DNA of 64,000 nucleotides. Source: Tubiluchus corallicola (lineage: Eukaryota > Animalia > Priapulida). Positions within the stretch are counted from its first letter, which is position 1; the number at the start of each line of letters is the position of its first letter. The stretch lies in contig JAQGDQ010002385.1 in assembly GCA_030141605.1 (NCBI GenBank), forward strand, positions 124,001 to 188,000. Direction: 5' to 3'. The position numbers and the translations under genes are program-made. Positions 50,101 through 60,008 of the stretch are shown one piece after another. A model generated the notes under the pieces. The model saw only the letters and a list, made by a program, of their open reading frames with translations, was not told the origin of the DNA and searched no databases.

Positions 50101-50205
50101 AAATCTCTCTTGAAAACAAAAGCGCTTTGCCATATTTGATTTTAAGATATAATACTATTCCTTACCTCTCATTCCAGTAATTCACAATATTCAAGAGGAA
50201 TAGTC

Positions 50206-51468
50206 ATGGATCATTTTATATACAAGCACGGTCGGCTCTACGCGGAAGATATTCCCATAGAAACCATCGCTAAAGAAGTCGAGACACCCTTCTACTGCTA
50301 TTCTACAGCAACATTAAAACGGCACTATACGATCTGTGAGCAAGCTTTCCAAAATCTCCCTGTAACAATCTGCTACGCCCTTAAAGCGAACCCAAATACC
50401 GCCGTTATCAAAACATTGGCCAATATGGGCGCAGGCGCAGACACGACATCAAAAGGAGAGATTAAACGTGCCCTGCATGCTCAGATTCCTCCTGAGAAAA
50501 TCATTTTCTCTGGCGTTGGAAAAAGCGCAGAAGAAATTCTCTTCGCTCTGCAAAAAAATATCCTACAGTTTAATGTCGAATCAGAAGATGAACTCTATAC
50601 AATTGAAAAAATAGCCTCCTCCATTGGAAAAACAGCCCAAATCGCCTTTCGCGTCAATCCAAATGTCGACGCGAAAACGCTCCAAGGAATCACAACAGGA
50701 AAAAGTGAGAATAAATTCGGAATCGAATGGAAAAAAATACCCGAGCTCTATACATACGCCACACAAATGAGCGCTGTAAACCCAACAGGACTCGCCGTAC
50801 ATATCGGATCGCAAATCCTGGATATAACCCCCTTCTTCAATGCTTATTCCTGCTTGGAAAAATTAACAAATATCATCCGAAGCAACGGGCATACAGTCTC
50901 ACGTCTTGATCTGGGCGGAGGGCTGGGAATTCCCTATAAACAAGCCCCTTCCCCTCTCCCAGCAGCATGGGCAAACGCTGTTGACGCAACAGTCGGAAAA
51001 TTAAATTGTGAACTGATTATAGAACCAGGGCGCCTTCTCGTCGGAAACGCAGGCCTGCTGATTACAAAAATACTCTTCATCAAAAAAACAGAAACAAAAA
51101 AATTCGCCATTATTGACGCCGCAATGAACGATCTTATGAGACCCGCGCTTTATAAAACCGTGCATAATACCCTGCCTGTCATTGAATCCTCTCCTGAAAC
51201 ATATAAAGATAATTTCGATATCGTCGGCCCCATCTGCGAAACAACAGATACATTCTCCGCGCAAACACCCCTGCCCACAACCCTAAAAAAAGGCGACCTG
51301 CTCGCTATAAGAACAGCCGGAGCCTATAGCGCGGCTATGGCTTCTATCTATAACTCAAGACCCCTCATACCAGAAGTTCTCGTCTATCAGAATCAGTTCT
51401 CCATTATCCGAAAAAGAATCCACACGGAAGACTTTATCGCTATGGAAACATTCCCCCAGTGGCTTTAA
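50206..51468 (+). CDS. lysA: Diaminopimelate decarboxylase
   Basis: YALKAN, FSGVGK, HIGSQI, DLGGG, EPGR and VGPICE. Confidence 0.97.
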   Translation: MDHFIYKHGRLYAEDIPIETIAKEVETPFYCYSTATLKRHYTICEQAFQNLPVTICYALKANPNTAVIKTLANMGAGADTTSKGEIKRALHAQIPPEKIIFSGVGKSAEEILFALQKNILQFNVESEDELYTIEKIASSIGKTAQIAFRVNPNVDAKTLQGITTGKSENKFGIEWKKIPELYTYATQMSAVNPTGLAVHIGSQILDITPFFNAYSCLEKLTNIIRSNGHTVSRLDLGGGLGIPYKQAPSPLPAAWANAVDATVGKLNCELIIEPGRLLVGNAGLLITKILFIKKTETKKFAIIDAAMNDLMRPALYKTVHNTLPVIESSPETYKDNFDIVGPICETTDTFSAQTPLPTTLKKGDLLAIRTAGAYSAAMASIYNSRPLIPEVLVYQNQFSIIRKRIHTEDFIAMETFPQWL

Positions 51469-51477
51469 TGCCCCCCC

Positions 51478-51505
51478 AAAAAAAAGAGCTGTCTAACGCA
51501 GCTCT
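51478..51505 (-). terminator. Rho-independent terminator between convergent lysA and the zitP-like gene
   Basis: AGAGCTG-cgttaga-CAGCTCT followed by T8 on the minus strand. Confidence 0.75.
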
Positions 51506-51532
51506 AAAAATCTTAAAATTATAGAAATATCA

Positions 51533-54500
51533 CTAGTTAACTCTAGAAACAGGCGGAACAATCATTGAATCAACCGTACCAGGCTCCCTATACAAAACAA
51601 CAAGTTCGGCTACATCTGATGATGGCAGCTCGATTCTAAAAGAAAAATTTTCCCTCTCTCGTGGCTTAAACTCATGCTTGTCACTACGGTATAACCACGA
51701 CTGTAAAGGTCTGTTCTCTTCATCAACATAACTGACAATCACATCAGGAAGAATACGAGTCTGCAACGAGGCATTCTCAAACTGGCCGGTAACAAGAATA
51801 ATATTACTCCCATCATCCACTCTTTCAACTGCACTGGAAAACCTTCTTACCCTAAAATATTCTCCGTCATGGTTATTGTTATTAGAAACGTTCGCAACAA
51901 CAGGCTCCTCTTCTGAATTTTGAGTAAACTCACCCCTTGGCGAAGAGGCCGTCGGAGAAAAATCATTCAGTTTACTAACAAGATTTCCTATACCACTCTC
52001 CACTTCAGAAGAAACAACCGTAAGTTCGTTCTGTTGCTGAGAAGGGTGAATGCGCACAACTTCTCCTATAAAATTCGCGACTGATGGCCCCCCGATACTG
52101 GCAACCAATATATCAGAAACAGAGGAATCCCTTATAGTTAAGTCAACAATCTCATCATCATTACCAATTTCTAATATCGTATCAAGAAAAGCTGGATTTT
52201 CTTCATCTAAATATATACCGTTGTCAAAATTGAAATAATTATTAGGACGTTTCCTTGGGACAATCTCCTCGGCCAAAAGCTTTCTTGATATTTCATTATT
52301 TTCAAGAGTTATCCCTTCTCCAGGCTGAGCAGAAAGCAGAGCTAAAGAACTATTCTCACCCACACCAGCCTTTTGCTCGCTCTCACTTCCATATATAACA
52401 TCTGGGTTACTAGAAATAACAGAAGCTACTTTCAACTCAGCATCAGCTTCATCCATCAACATGCCATCTGTTAATTTCTTCTCTTTATTCGCTAATAGCG
52501 ACTGTTCTTCGGCTTTATTCCATAAAAAATTACCATCAAGAGAAATATTCTCCAACATCGTATCAAATTCCTGATAAACCTGAGCAGAATTAGGAAAATA
52601 TTGCACTACAAGCGGACGAGCAAAAAATAAACCACCAACCAACGCACTTGTCATAAAAAACACAAAAAACAAAGAAACAGCAACAGACAATCCCTGCTTG
52701 GCAAACTTTTTAACTTTCCGCCTAGCTTTAGTGTGCTTTTTAAAATATTTTGCTCCTATTTCCTTTTCTCTTCTGGTCATCAAGCGAATTAAATCACTAG
52801 AAATCTTATCCTTACTAAGGCGTGTTTTCGCAATATGTTCTTCCCCAGTATGCATCAAGTCAATTAATTCGTCATGAGCAGTAGCGGTATTTTCCTGCGA
52901 AGGCTCATCTTGATCATCTGTTTCGCTATAGCTATCTTTCTCCGATTCTTCCTGAGAGAGCTCACCTATCATCCCTGGCGGCACAGGATCATCCGCAGTC
53001 ACTTCTGCCTTTACTAGTTTTATTAAAGTGCCTTCTTGTTCATCATCCTGAACCAGCTGAACGCTGTCAGATTTAGCGTTATCCTGAGACTTATCCTGAG
53101 ACTTATCCCGAGATAATAAATTAACAAGCTCATTTATAGATGCTTTTTTGGCTTCCTGACTTTCTGCCTCTGTTTGGGGACCTTTAAAAGGATCTGCTTC
53201 ATTTGCCTCTTCCAAAGAAAGCTCTTTTTCTGTTTGCTCTGAAGCAATTTTTAATATAGAAGAGGCTAAACCTGAGTCTGTAGTCAATATATCGCCTTGG
53301 CTTTGCGGTGAGCTTTTCAAGCTATGAGAATCGCTTTCTTTTGATCGCATTACAAGACGTGAAATAAGCCCTAATGTCTTTACTTCTCCATCTTCTTTAT
53401 CAGCAAGCCGCTCTTCTTGCGGCTGCGCAAATAAAACAGGAGCCTTCTCCAGCAGAATCTCCGGTTCGCTCTCTTCTTGCGGTTGCGCAAATAAAACAGG
53501 AGCTTGCTCCAGTAGAATTTCCGGCTCACTCTCTTCTTGCGGCTGCGCAAATAAAACAGGAGCTTGCTCCAGCAGAATTTCCGGCTCACTCTCTTCTTGC
53601 GGCTGCGCAAATAAAACAGGAGCTTGCTCCAGCAGAATTTCCGGCTCACTCTCTTCTTGCGGCTGCGCAAATAAAACAGGAGCTTTCTCCAACAGAATTT
53701 CCGGCTCACTCTCTTCTTGCGGCTGCGCAAATAAAACAGGAGCTTGCTCCAGCAGAATTTCCGGCTCACTCTCTTCTTGCGGCTGCGCAAATAAAACAGG
53801 AGCTTTCTCCAACAGAATCTCCGGCTCACTCTCTTCTTGCGGCTGCACAAATAAAACAGGAGCCTTCTCCAACAGAATCTCCGGCTCACTCTCTTCTTGC
53901 GGCTGCGCAAATAAAACAGGAGCCTTCTCCAACAGAATCTCCGGCTCACTCTCTTCTTGCGGCTGCGCAAATAAAACAGGGCTTTTCTCTACTGGAATTT
54001 CCGGCGCACCCTCTTCCTGTGGCTGTACAAACAAAACAGCCTCTCTACCAAAGAGATTATATTCCTCTTGCTTTTCAGGAACCCGTGAAGAAAACTTCCC
54101 ACCTTTCCGAAGTTTCTTACTTGTAGAAAGATATGTCCATTTTTGAAATATATAATCAGAAAATGGGTATAAATTTCCAGTTATATTATGATTTCCAACT
54201 ATATCCTGATAGGTTTTCTGAGCAACTTTAGAAGAACTTTCTTTTTCTACAGCAGAAGCAGCACTACTGGGTGGTGAAACCGTTTGCTTTTCCTGAGCTT
54301 GAGAATTTAAAGAAGTTCTTTCCACAGTATCAGGTTTTTCTGCGGTTTTAGGTTTACTATCAGTGCTGCTTTCTGCGCTTCCCTTAGTGCTAGTGCCCAG
54401 ATCAACAGCTTTTAAAGTGCCATCAAAACGCCAAGAATTCCCACAGTGTGCGCATTTCACCTTCTTTCCACAAACAGATTCCGCAAGAGACTTCTCAACT

Positions 54501-54565
54501 TGAAACTCTGATGAACAGCGCTGGCAAACTATAAAATAGCGCCTTATTTTTTTTAAGGGTGCCAC
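51533..54565 (-). CDS. Greatly expanded ZitP-like protein: MJ0042-type zinc ribbon, repeat/acidic linker, TM, DUF3426
   Basis: CQRC...KVKCAHCGNSW at the N-terminus; TM followed by RPLVVQYFP; C-terminal LVTGQFEN...LPDVIVSYVD...W. Conserved lysA / divergent ftsE context; GGAG RBS. Confidence 0.85.
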   Translation of the reverse strand: MAPLKKIRRYFIVCQRCSSEFQVEKSLAESVCGKKVKCAHCGNSWRFDGTLKAVDLGTSTKGSAESSTDSKPKTAEKPDTVERTSLNSQAQEKQTVSPPSSAASAVEKESSSKVAQKTYQDIVGNHNITGNLYPFSDYIFQKWTYLSTSKKLRKGGKFSSRVPEKQEEYNLFGREAVLFVQPQEEGAPEIPVEKSPVLFAQPQEESEPEILLEKAPVLFAQPQEESEPEILLEKAPVLFVQPQEESEPEILLEKAPVLFAQPQEESEPEILLEQAPVLFAQPQEESEPEILLEKAPVLFAQPQEESEPEILLEQAPVLFAQPQEESEPEILLEQAPVLFAQPQEESEPEILLEQAPVLFAQPQEESEPEILLEKAPVLFAQPQEERLADKEDGEVKTLGLISRLVMRSKESDSHSLKSSPQSQGDILTTDSGLASSILKIASEQTEKELSLEEANEADPFKGPQTEAESQEAKKASINELVNLLSRDKSQDKSQDNAKSDSVQLVQDDEQEGTLIKLVKAEVTADDPVPPGMIGELSQEESEKDSYSETDDQDEPSQENTATAHDELIDLMHTGEEHIAKTRLSKDKISSDLIRLMTRREKEIGAKYFKKHTKARRKVKKFAKQGLSVAVSLFFVFFMTSALVGGLFFARPLVVQYFPNSAQVYQEFDTMLENISLDGNFLWNKAEEQSLLANKEKKLTDGMLMDEADAELKVASVISSNPDVIYGSESEQKAGVGENSSLALLSAQPGEGITLENNEISRKLLAEEIVPRKRPNNYFNFDNGIYLDEENPAFLDTILEIGNDDEIVDLTIRDSSVSDILVASIGGPSVANFIGEVVRIHPSQQQNELTVVSSEVESGIGNLVSKLNDFSPTASSPRGEFTQNSEEEPVVANVSNNNNHDGEYFRVRRFSSAVERVDDGSNIILVTGQFENASLQTRILPDVIVSYVDEENRPLQSWLYRSDKHEFKPRERENFSFRIELPSSDVAELVVLYREPGTVDSMIVPPVSRVN
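53411..54040. repeat. 60-bp tandem repeat, about 10.5 copies (20-aa unit APVLFAQPQEESEPEILLE[K/Q])
   Basis: Consecutive 60-nt lines are near-identical, with no spacers. Confidence 0.98.
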
Positions 54566-55244
54566 TAAATTAAAACTCCATTAAATCTAGTAGTTAAAAA
54601 CTTCGTACTTAATTATTATTAGCTTTACTAAAACTTAAAATATAAAACAGCTTCTTAGAGATGATCTTAATCTTAAACCTATAAATTAAAAGTTAATAGA
54701 AATTCAAAATATTAAATTGTCTAAAATTATTTTCACTATAAAATCTCATCACTATAGATAGTATTCCGAAATATATTTCCATATCTTATAAATTACTACT
54801 TTTAACCTGTTCTGAGCCTAAAACACTATAATTATAACAGAATTATATTATATACTACCACAGTATAGCACATTTGTGATACACAATGTAAACATATCTT
54901 AATGCTATATATGTATTATTATACAGAAACATCTTAATTTTATATTTTTAGATATCTGAAAAATTCATTTTTAATTTTTATAACTCACTATCTCACTATA
55001 TAGTAATCACTAGCGATAATTAAATAGGTAATTATAAATTTACTTCAATAGTAAGTTGTACTAAATTTAGTACTTATTGTTGCACACAAAATAACAAAAT
55101 AATAGTATACTTAAAATTTAAACTAGTCTATGCATTAACATAATAAATATTCTCAATAAAAAACAAAATAATGAGCGTATTTTCTACAATAAATTTTTTA
55201 TAATAATTAAAACAGAATGATACATTAAACTAAAAAGTAAAAGC

Positions 55245-55913
55245 ATGATTAAATTTGAAAATGTTGGTTTACGGTATAATACAGGGCCAGAAATATTAAA
55301 AAACACCTCTTTTGAAATTAACAAAGGGGAATTTTATTTTCTAATGGGGCATAGCGGCGCAGGAAAAACATCTCTACTGCAACTAATCTATATGATTATG
55401 CGGCCAACACGAGGTATTATATCTATCGCCGAGCGCAATGTCGCTTATCTGTCTTTACATGAGAAAGCCGCTATACGACAAAGAATCGGCTTTATCTTTC
55501 AGGATTTTCGACTTATTCCCCATATTTCCATCTTTGACAATATTGCTCTCCCACTAAGAATACAGAATAAACCCGAAGAAAAAATCAACCAGAATGTAAC
55601 CGAAATGCTAACTTGGATTAATCTCGAAAGCTATAAAGACTATAAGCCACAACAGCTCTCAGGAGGGCAACAACAATGCGTCGCTATTGCGCGAGCTGTT
55701 GTATCAAGACCTCAAATCCTACTTGCCGACGAGCCAACAGGAAACGTTGATGCTGATACGGAAAAAAGAATTATGACTCTGTTTAGCCAGTTAAACAAAT
55801 TCATTAAAACAACCGTTATCATCGCAACCCATAATACAAGTTTAACACAAGAGCTAAACATGCCAATGATGCATCTTAAAAATGGAAAACTCATAAAAAA
55901 TAACTTTATTTAA
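55245..55913 (+). CDS. ftsE: Cell division ATP-binding protein FtsE
   Basis: MIKFENVGLRY, GHSGAGKTS, FQDFRL, LSGGQQQ and ADEPTGNVD. Confidence 0.94.
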   Translation: MIKFENVGLRYNTGPEILKNTSFEINKGEFYFLMGHSGAGKTSLLQLIYMIMRPTRGIISIAERNVAYLSLHEKAAIRQRIGFIFQDFRLIPHISIFDNIALPLRIQNKPEEKINQNVTEMLTWINLESYKDYKPQQLSGGQQQCVAIARAVVSRPQILLADEPTGNVDADTEKRIMTLFSQLNKFIKTTVIIATHNTSLTQELNMPMMHLKNGKLIKNNFI

Positions 55914-55941
55914 AATTCATTTCTTAACAGTTAAGGTTGCC

Positions 55942-56820
55942 ATGAGAAAAAAAAATCCCCTCCCCTTCCACAAACATAGCTTCAGCAGCAAATACTATCT
56001 TGTTACCATAACAGCTTTCATGATATGGATAGCAGGTCTAAGCATTATAACAAGTAGCCTCATGTCACACATGATTGTTCAATGGAACCTCTTGCCAGAA
56101 GAAACTTTCACTGTACAAGCGACCCCTTCCGAGGGACAGCTATTTGAAGAAATTCTAGAAACAACAACAGAAGGATTGCAACCCCTCTCCGATAAAGCGC
56201 AAATATCACCTTGGAGCCAAGAAGCCGTCTATAACCTGTTTACACCATGGGTCGATAACCCACAGAAGTTCCCCATTGCCCTTCCCGTACTGATCAGCAT
56301 CACTCCATTTAATAACCAGAAAATAACGAAACAGGAAATCGTTACCCTGCTTGAATCTCTCCCATACGACATCCATATCGATAAAAAAAATCAATGGATG
56401 GAAGAACTTTCAATTCCTCTTACCTTGGTGCAAAAAGGAATCAACGCAATCCCGATCCTAGCAACATTAACCGTACTCCTCGTAACCTCTCTGTCCGTTG
56501 TGAACATCATCAGCCAAAACCATAATACTATCGAAATTCTCTTTCTGGCCGGCGCAGAAAATAGCGTTATCGTAAAAACAATCCAAAAAACCTTTTTCAA
56601 AACAATCGCTACAGGAATTCTCATCGCTCTTATTGCATTGGCTCTAATTCCCGGCAGCGCCATTATTCTCTCCCAAAATCCTTATATCCCCATTGATATT
56701 TTTCTAGACCCTCAAACAATAGGAATATTTGCAGCCCTGATAGTCTCTATTTTTATTACTGTTATACTCGTTACTTACATCGCGATCTCTTTTATGCTCA
56801 ACAGATTCTTCCAACAATAA
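55942..56820 (+). CDS. ftsX: Cell division permease FtsX (divergent)
   Basis: Four-TM layout, TIEILFLAGA, LPVLI; follows ftsE. Confidence 0.82.
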   Translation: MRKKNPLPFHKHSFSSKYYLVTITAFMIWIAGLSIITSSLMSHMIVQWNLLPEETFTVQATPSEGQLFEEILETTTEGLQPLSDKAQISPWSQEAVYNLFTPWVDNPQKFPIALPVLISITPFNNQKITKQEIVTLLESLPYDIHIDKKNQWMEELSIPLTLVQKGINAIPILATLTVLLVTSLSVVNIISQNHNTIEILFLAGAENSVIVKTIQKTFFKTIATGILIALIALALIPGSAIILSQNPYIPIDIFLDPQTIGIFAALIVSIFITVILVTYIAISFMLNRFFQQ

Positions 56821-56841
56821 CGACTAGAGAGTAGACACGCC

Positions 56842-57513
56842 TTGACATCTCTCCTGAAAAATCGCCGATTCAAATACGCTTTACTAGCTATACTCATTAC
56901 CATCATGGTATGGGGAAGTGGATTGGTTTATTTTTCTTTCAAAATCCCACAACAAAATGAAACAGCCATTCCACAAAAAGACGCTATCATCGTCCTAACT
57001 GGCGCCGCAGGGCGTATAGAAAAAGGAGCCGCTCTCTTACAGACAAAAAAAGCAAAACATCTATTCATCTCAGGCGTATATGATAATGTAAAATCTCAAA
57101 ATATTAACGAGCTTAAACAATTAACACCCGATGAACTCTCTTGTTGTGTCCATATCGGTTATCAAGCGAAAACAACCTATGAAAACGCTATAGAAATAGC
57201 AGAATGGGCTAAAAAAGCCAACATAAATTCTATCCATTTGGTAACCTCATCATATCATATGCCACGCAGTCTGTTTGAAATTAAACAGAAAATTCCCTAT
57301 GCCGAAATTTTACCAGCTCCCGTTTTTTCTGAAAATTTCAAACAAATAAAATGGTGGATATGGCCAGGCTCTACAAAATTACTCATTAGCGAATACCATA
57401 AATTCATACTCGCGCATTTCCGCTATATCATTTTTTCATTCTTCTTATCATTTAAAAAAGACTATTCAATAGAAAACACCCCTTCATTAATAGAAGCTTT
57501 ACACAATTCATAA
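56842..57513 (+). CDS. YdcF/DUF218-family protein
   Basis: DAIIVLTG, LFISGV, TTYENA, LVTSSYHMPRS and EYHK. Confidence 0.9.
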   Translation: MTSLLKNRRFKYALLAILITIMVWGSGLVYFSFKIPQQNETAIPQKDAIIVLTGAAGRIEKGAALLQTKKAKHLFISGVYDNVKSQNINELKQLTPDELSCCVHIGYQAKTTYENAIEIAEWAKKANINSIHLVTSSYHMPRSLFEIKQKIPYAEILPAPVFSENFKQIKWWIWPGSTKLLISEYHKFILAHFRYIIFSFFLSFKKDYSIENTPSLIEALHNS

Positions 57514-57596
57514 AATCCATACCATAGATAGCCTAAACATATTATTATTCTAGTAAAATAACCTAAAAAAAATAAAGAGAACAGGACGCTACTAAA

Positions 57597-58520
57597 GTGC
57601 AAATTTACCTCCCTATCGCAGAACTGCCTGTCAACATCTTCTTGCTGGTAGGATTAGGATGGACAATTGGCGTCCTGTCCGGAATGTTCGGAGTCGGAGG
57701 AGGATTCCTTATGACTCCTCTATTAATATTACTGGGCATTCCCCCTCCTGTCGCTGTCGCGACACAAGCTAATCAGATTCTCGCTCTTTCCATCTCAGGT
57801 GTCATCGCACACTGGCGGAGAAATAATGTCGATATTAAAATGGGGCTTATCCTCCTTATTGGCGGTATAGCAGGATCGTCACAAGGTGTCTGGATATTTG
57901 CACTACTCAAAAACATCGGACAAATTAACTTCGTCATCACTATTTGTTATGTCTTATTTCTTAGCATGATTGGCTCCCTGATGCTTACGGAGAGCATTAG
58001 AACACTCTACTTTTCCAAGCAAAAAAAACAAAAAATAAACCGAGCTCATACATGGTTACATTCTTTACCATTTAAAATGCGTTTCCACCGATCCGGACTT
58101 TATATCAGCGTTATCATCCCTATCACTATCGGCTTTCTTGTAGGCTTTCTGTCAGCACTTATGGGCATAGGTGGAGGATTTATTATCGTCCCAGCAATGA
58201 TTTACATCATTGGAATGCCAACATCTATTGTCATTGGAACATCCCTCTTTCAAATGATTTTTGTTTCAGCGAATATAACTCTCCTACAAGCCATCAATAC
58301 ACAAACTGTCGATATAATTCTCGCCCTAACTTTGCTTATCGGCGGCGTTATCGGCACACAAAACGGTGTCCGAATAGGAACACGACTCCAAGCTGTGCAA
58401 TTGCGTATACTCCTTGCTTTTCTGGTGCTTCTAGTATGCACTCAGCTCATCTGGCAGCTAACTGCTCACCCTCAAAACATATGGTCCGTAACATACACAA
58501 TCGAAACAATAAGGAACTAG
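57597..58520 (+). CDS. TauE/SafE (TSUP) family membrane protein
   Basis: MQIYLPIAE, SGMFGVGGGFLMTP, MGIGGGF and VIGTSLFQ. Confidence 0.92.
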   Translation: MQIYLPIAELPVNIFLLVGLGWTIGVLSGMFGVGGGFLMTPLLILLGIPPPVAVATQANQILALSISGVIAHWRRNNVDIKMGLILLIGGIAGSSQGVWIFALLKNIGQINFVITICYVLFLSMIGSLMLTESIRTLYFSKQKKQKINRAHTWLHSLPFKMRFHRSGLYISVIIPITIGFLVGFLSALMGIGGGFIIVPAMIYIIGMPTSIVIGTSLFQMIFVSANITLLQAINTQTVDIILALTLLIGGVIGTQNGVRIGTRLQAVQLRILLAFLVLLVCTQLIWQLTAHPQNIWSVTYTIETIRN

Positions 58521-58522
58521 CA

Positions 58523-59296
58523 GTGGAAAAAAAATCATGCTACCATTTCCTTGTTTTAACGATTCTCATCAGCTTTTCGCTTATAGCGCCAGCGAAAGCC
58601 ACCCATATTGTTGCTTCAGTCTCTAACCATCTTGTTCCCGTGGAAATGAATTTCTCCGGATCAGACATTACACTCTTTGGTGCCATCGATCGAAAAGAAG
58701 ATATCCAAGGAGACATCATCGTCATTGTAAAAAGTCTACCCCATCAGGTTGTCGTGCGAAAAAAAGAAAAAAAAGGCCCGTTATGGGTAAATAGCAATTC
58801 CGCCCACTTCAGCAATGTTCCAGGCTATTATTCTATAGCTTCTACAGGAGACTGGGAAACATTACTCCCACGAGATCAACGAATCTTTCACCAAATCGGC
58901 CTAGAAAACATACAGTTTAAATTGGAAAATACGGCCATTCCAATAAAAAGAGAACATAAAATATTGTGGAAAAACGCCATTATTAAAGACCATCAGCAAA
59001 AAAAACTTTACTCAACACAGCCACAAACTATAAAGCTATTTGATGATACACTTTTCCATTTTCAGCTTTCTTTTCCAGAAAATGTACCTATCGGTGATTA
59101 TCAAGTCTTTATCTATTTGGTACACGAACACGAAATCATCAGCGCGCAAACAACATCTATCACTATTGACAGAGATGGATTCGAAGCATGGATTTATGAA
59201 GCTTCGCAATATTACCCCTTTCTGTATGGCTTAGGAGCCATTGCTATGGCTATCGCTTTCGGATGGGGTTCCGCAATCATTTTCAGAAAAATCTAA
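58523..59296 (+). CDS. TIGR02186-family protein
   Basis: FSGSDITLFGA, VVRKK...LWVN and FPENVPIGDY; usual partner of the TSUP gene. Start moved to GTG 58523. Confidence 0.85.
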   Translation: MEKKSCYHFLVLTILISFSLIAPAKATHIVASVSNHLVPVEMNFSGSDITLFGAIDRKEDIQGDIIVIVKSLPHQVVVRKKEKKGPLWVNSNSAHFSNVPGYYSIASTGDWETLLPRDQRIFHQIGLENIQFKLENTAIPIKREHKILWKNAIIKDHQQKKLYSTQPQTIKLFDDTLFHFQLSFPENVPIGDYQVFIYLVHEHEIISAQTTSITIDRDGFEAWIYEASQYYPFLYGLGAIAMAIAFGWGSAIIFRKI

Positions 59297-60008
59297 TACA
59301 CATAGATCAAGATGAATACTTCTATTCTTAAATATACTTGTGTCAAAAAATTTCTATATTAAAAATCAAAAAAGTAAGAATCTCTAAAAGGCCCCATAAA
59401 GAATCGAGAGAATCAACAACCAAGTAATATATTACCGCAGAAACAAACAAAATAACATATAAACCAACTTGTTAATAAGCTATTTCCCCTCACCATCATT
59501 CAGAAATGCCCAAATAAGCTTTAATAAAGCATATATTTTCACAACTGGACAATATAAAAACTTTAACAAGAAAAAGTCAAAAAATATATTTATACACTCT
59601 AATTTTTAAATCCACTTCATGGGATTGTTATTTCAGTATTTAATGGTATATAAATTTCAATTAATAGTTTAAAATTTGATGAGTTTTCCTTAACAGTAGA
59701 GCAAAAAATATTATTTCCCTTTGAAATAAATTTAAAAAACAATTAAGTTAGAGGGTTATTAAGCAAACAATGGATATTTATTAATAATTGAAACAAACAT
59801 TCAAATTATTGATGCTTTAATTAAGCTAATGTAGATAATTATTAATTATTGTGGATATTTACCAATTAGTGAATATTTATTAGTTATCACTTGAATATTT
59901 ATTAATCATAACAATATTTATAGTCGTTTACTGTTTTTTAATAGATTATATGGTAGCTTTACAATGTTACTGACTAAAAGCATTACTGACAAAGGGGTTG
60001 TAAGTACG

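Noticed and set aside
53411-54040. Possible CRISPR array
   Set aside because: The units are contiguous 60-bp repeats with no unique spacers, lie in frame in a CDS, and have no cas genes nearby.
53374-54126. Alternative-frame ORFs of 250 aa (+) and 196 aa (-, Arg/Lys-rich) over the repeat
   Set aside because: They arise because the repeat unit lacks stops in those frames; they begin and end close to the array edges.
54566-55244. Replication origin
   Set aside because: No DnaA boxes (TTATCCACA) and no hemE/parAB context were seen, and C>G skew persists in the genes to the right.
59340-59500. Short hydrophobic minus-strand reading frames (for example a 28-aa Cys-rich ORF)
   Set aside because: There is no convincing RBS/start pairing; hydrophobic frames are expected in T-rich DNA.
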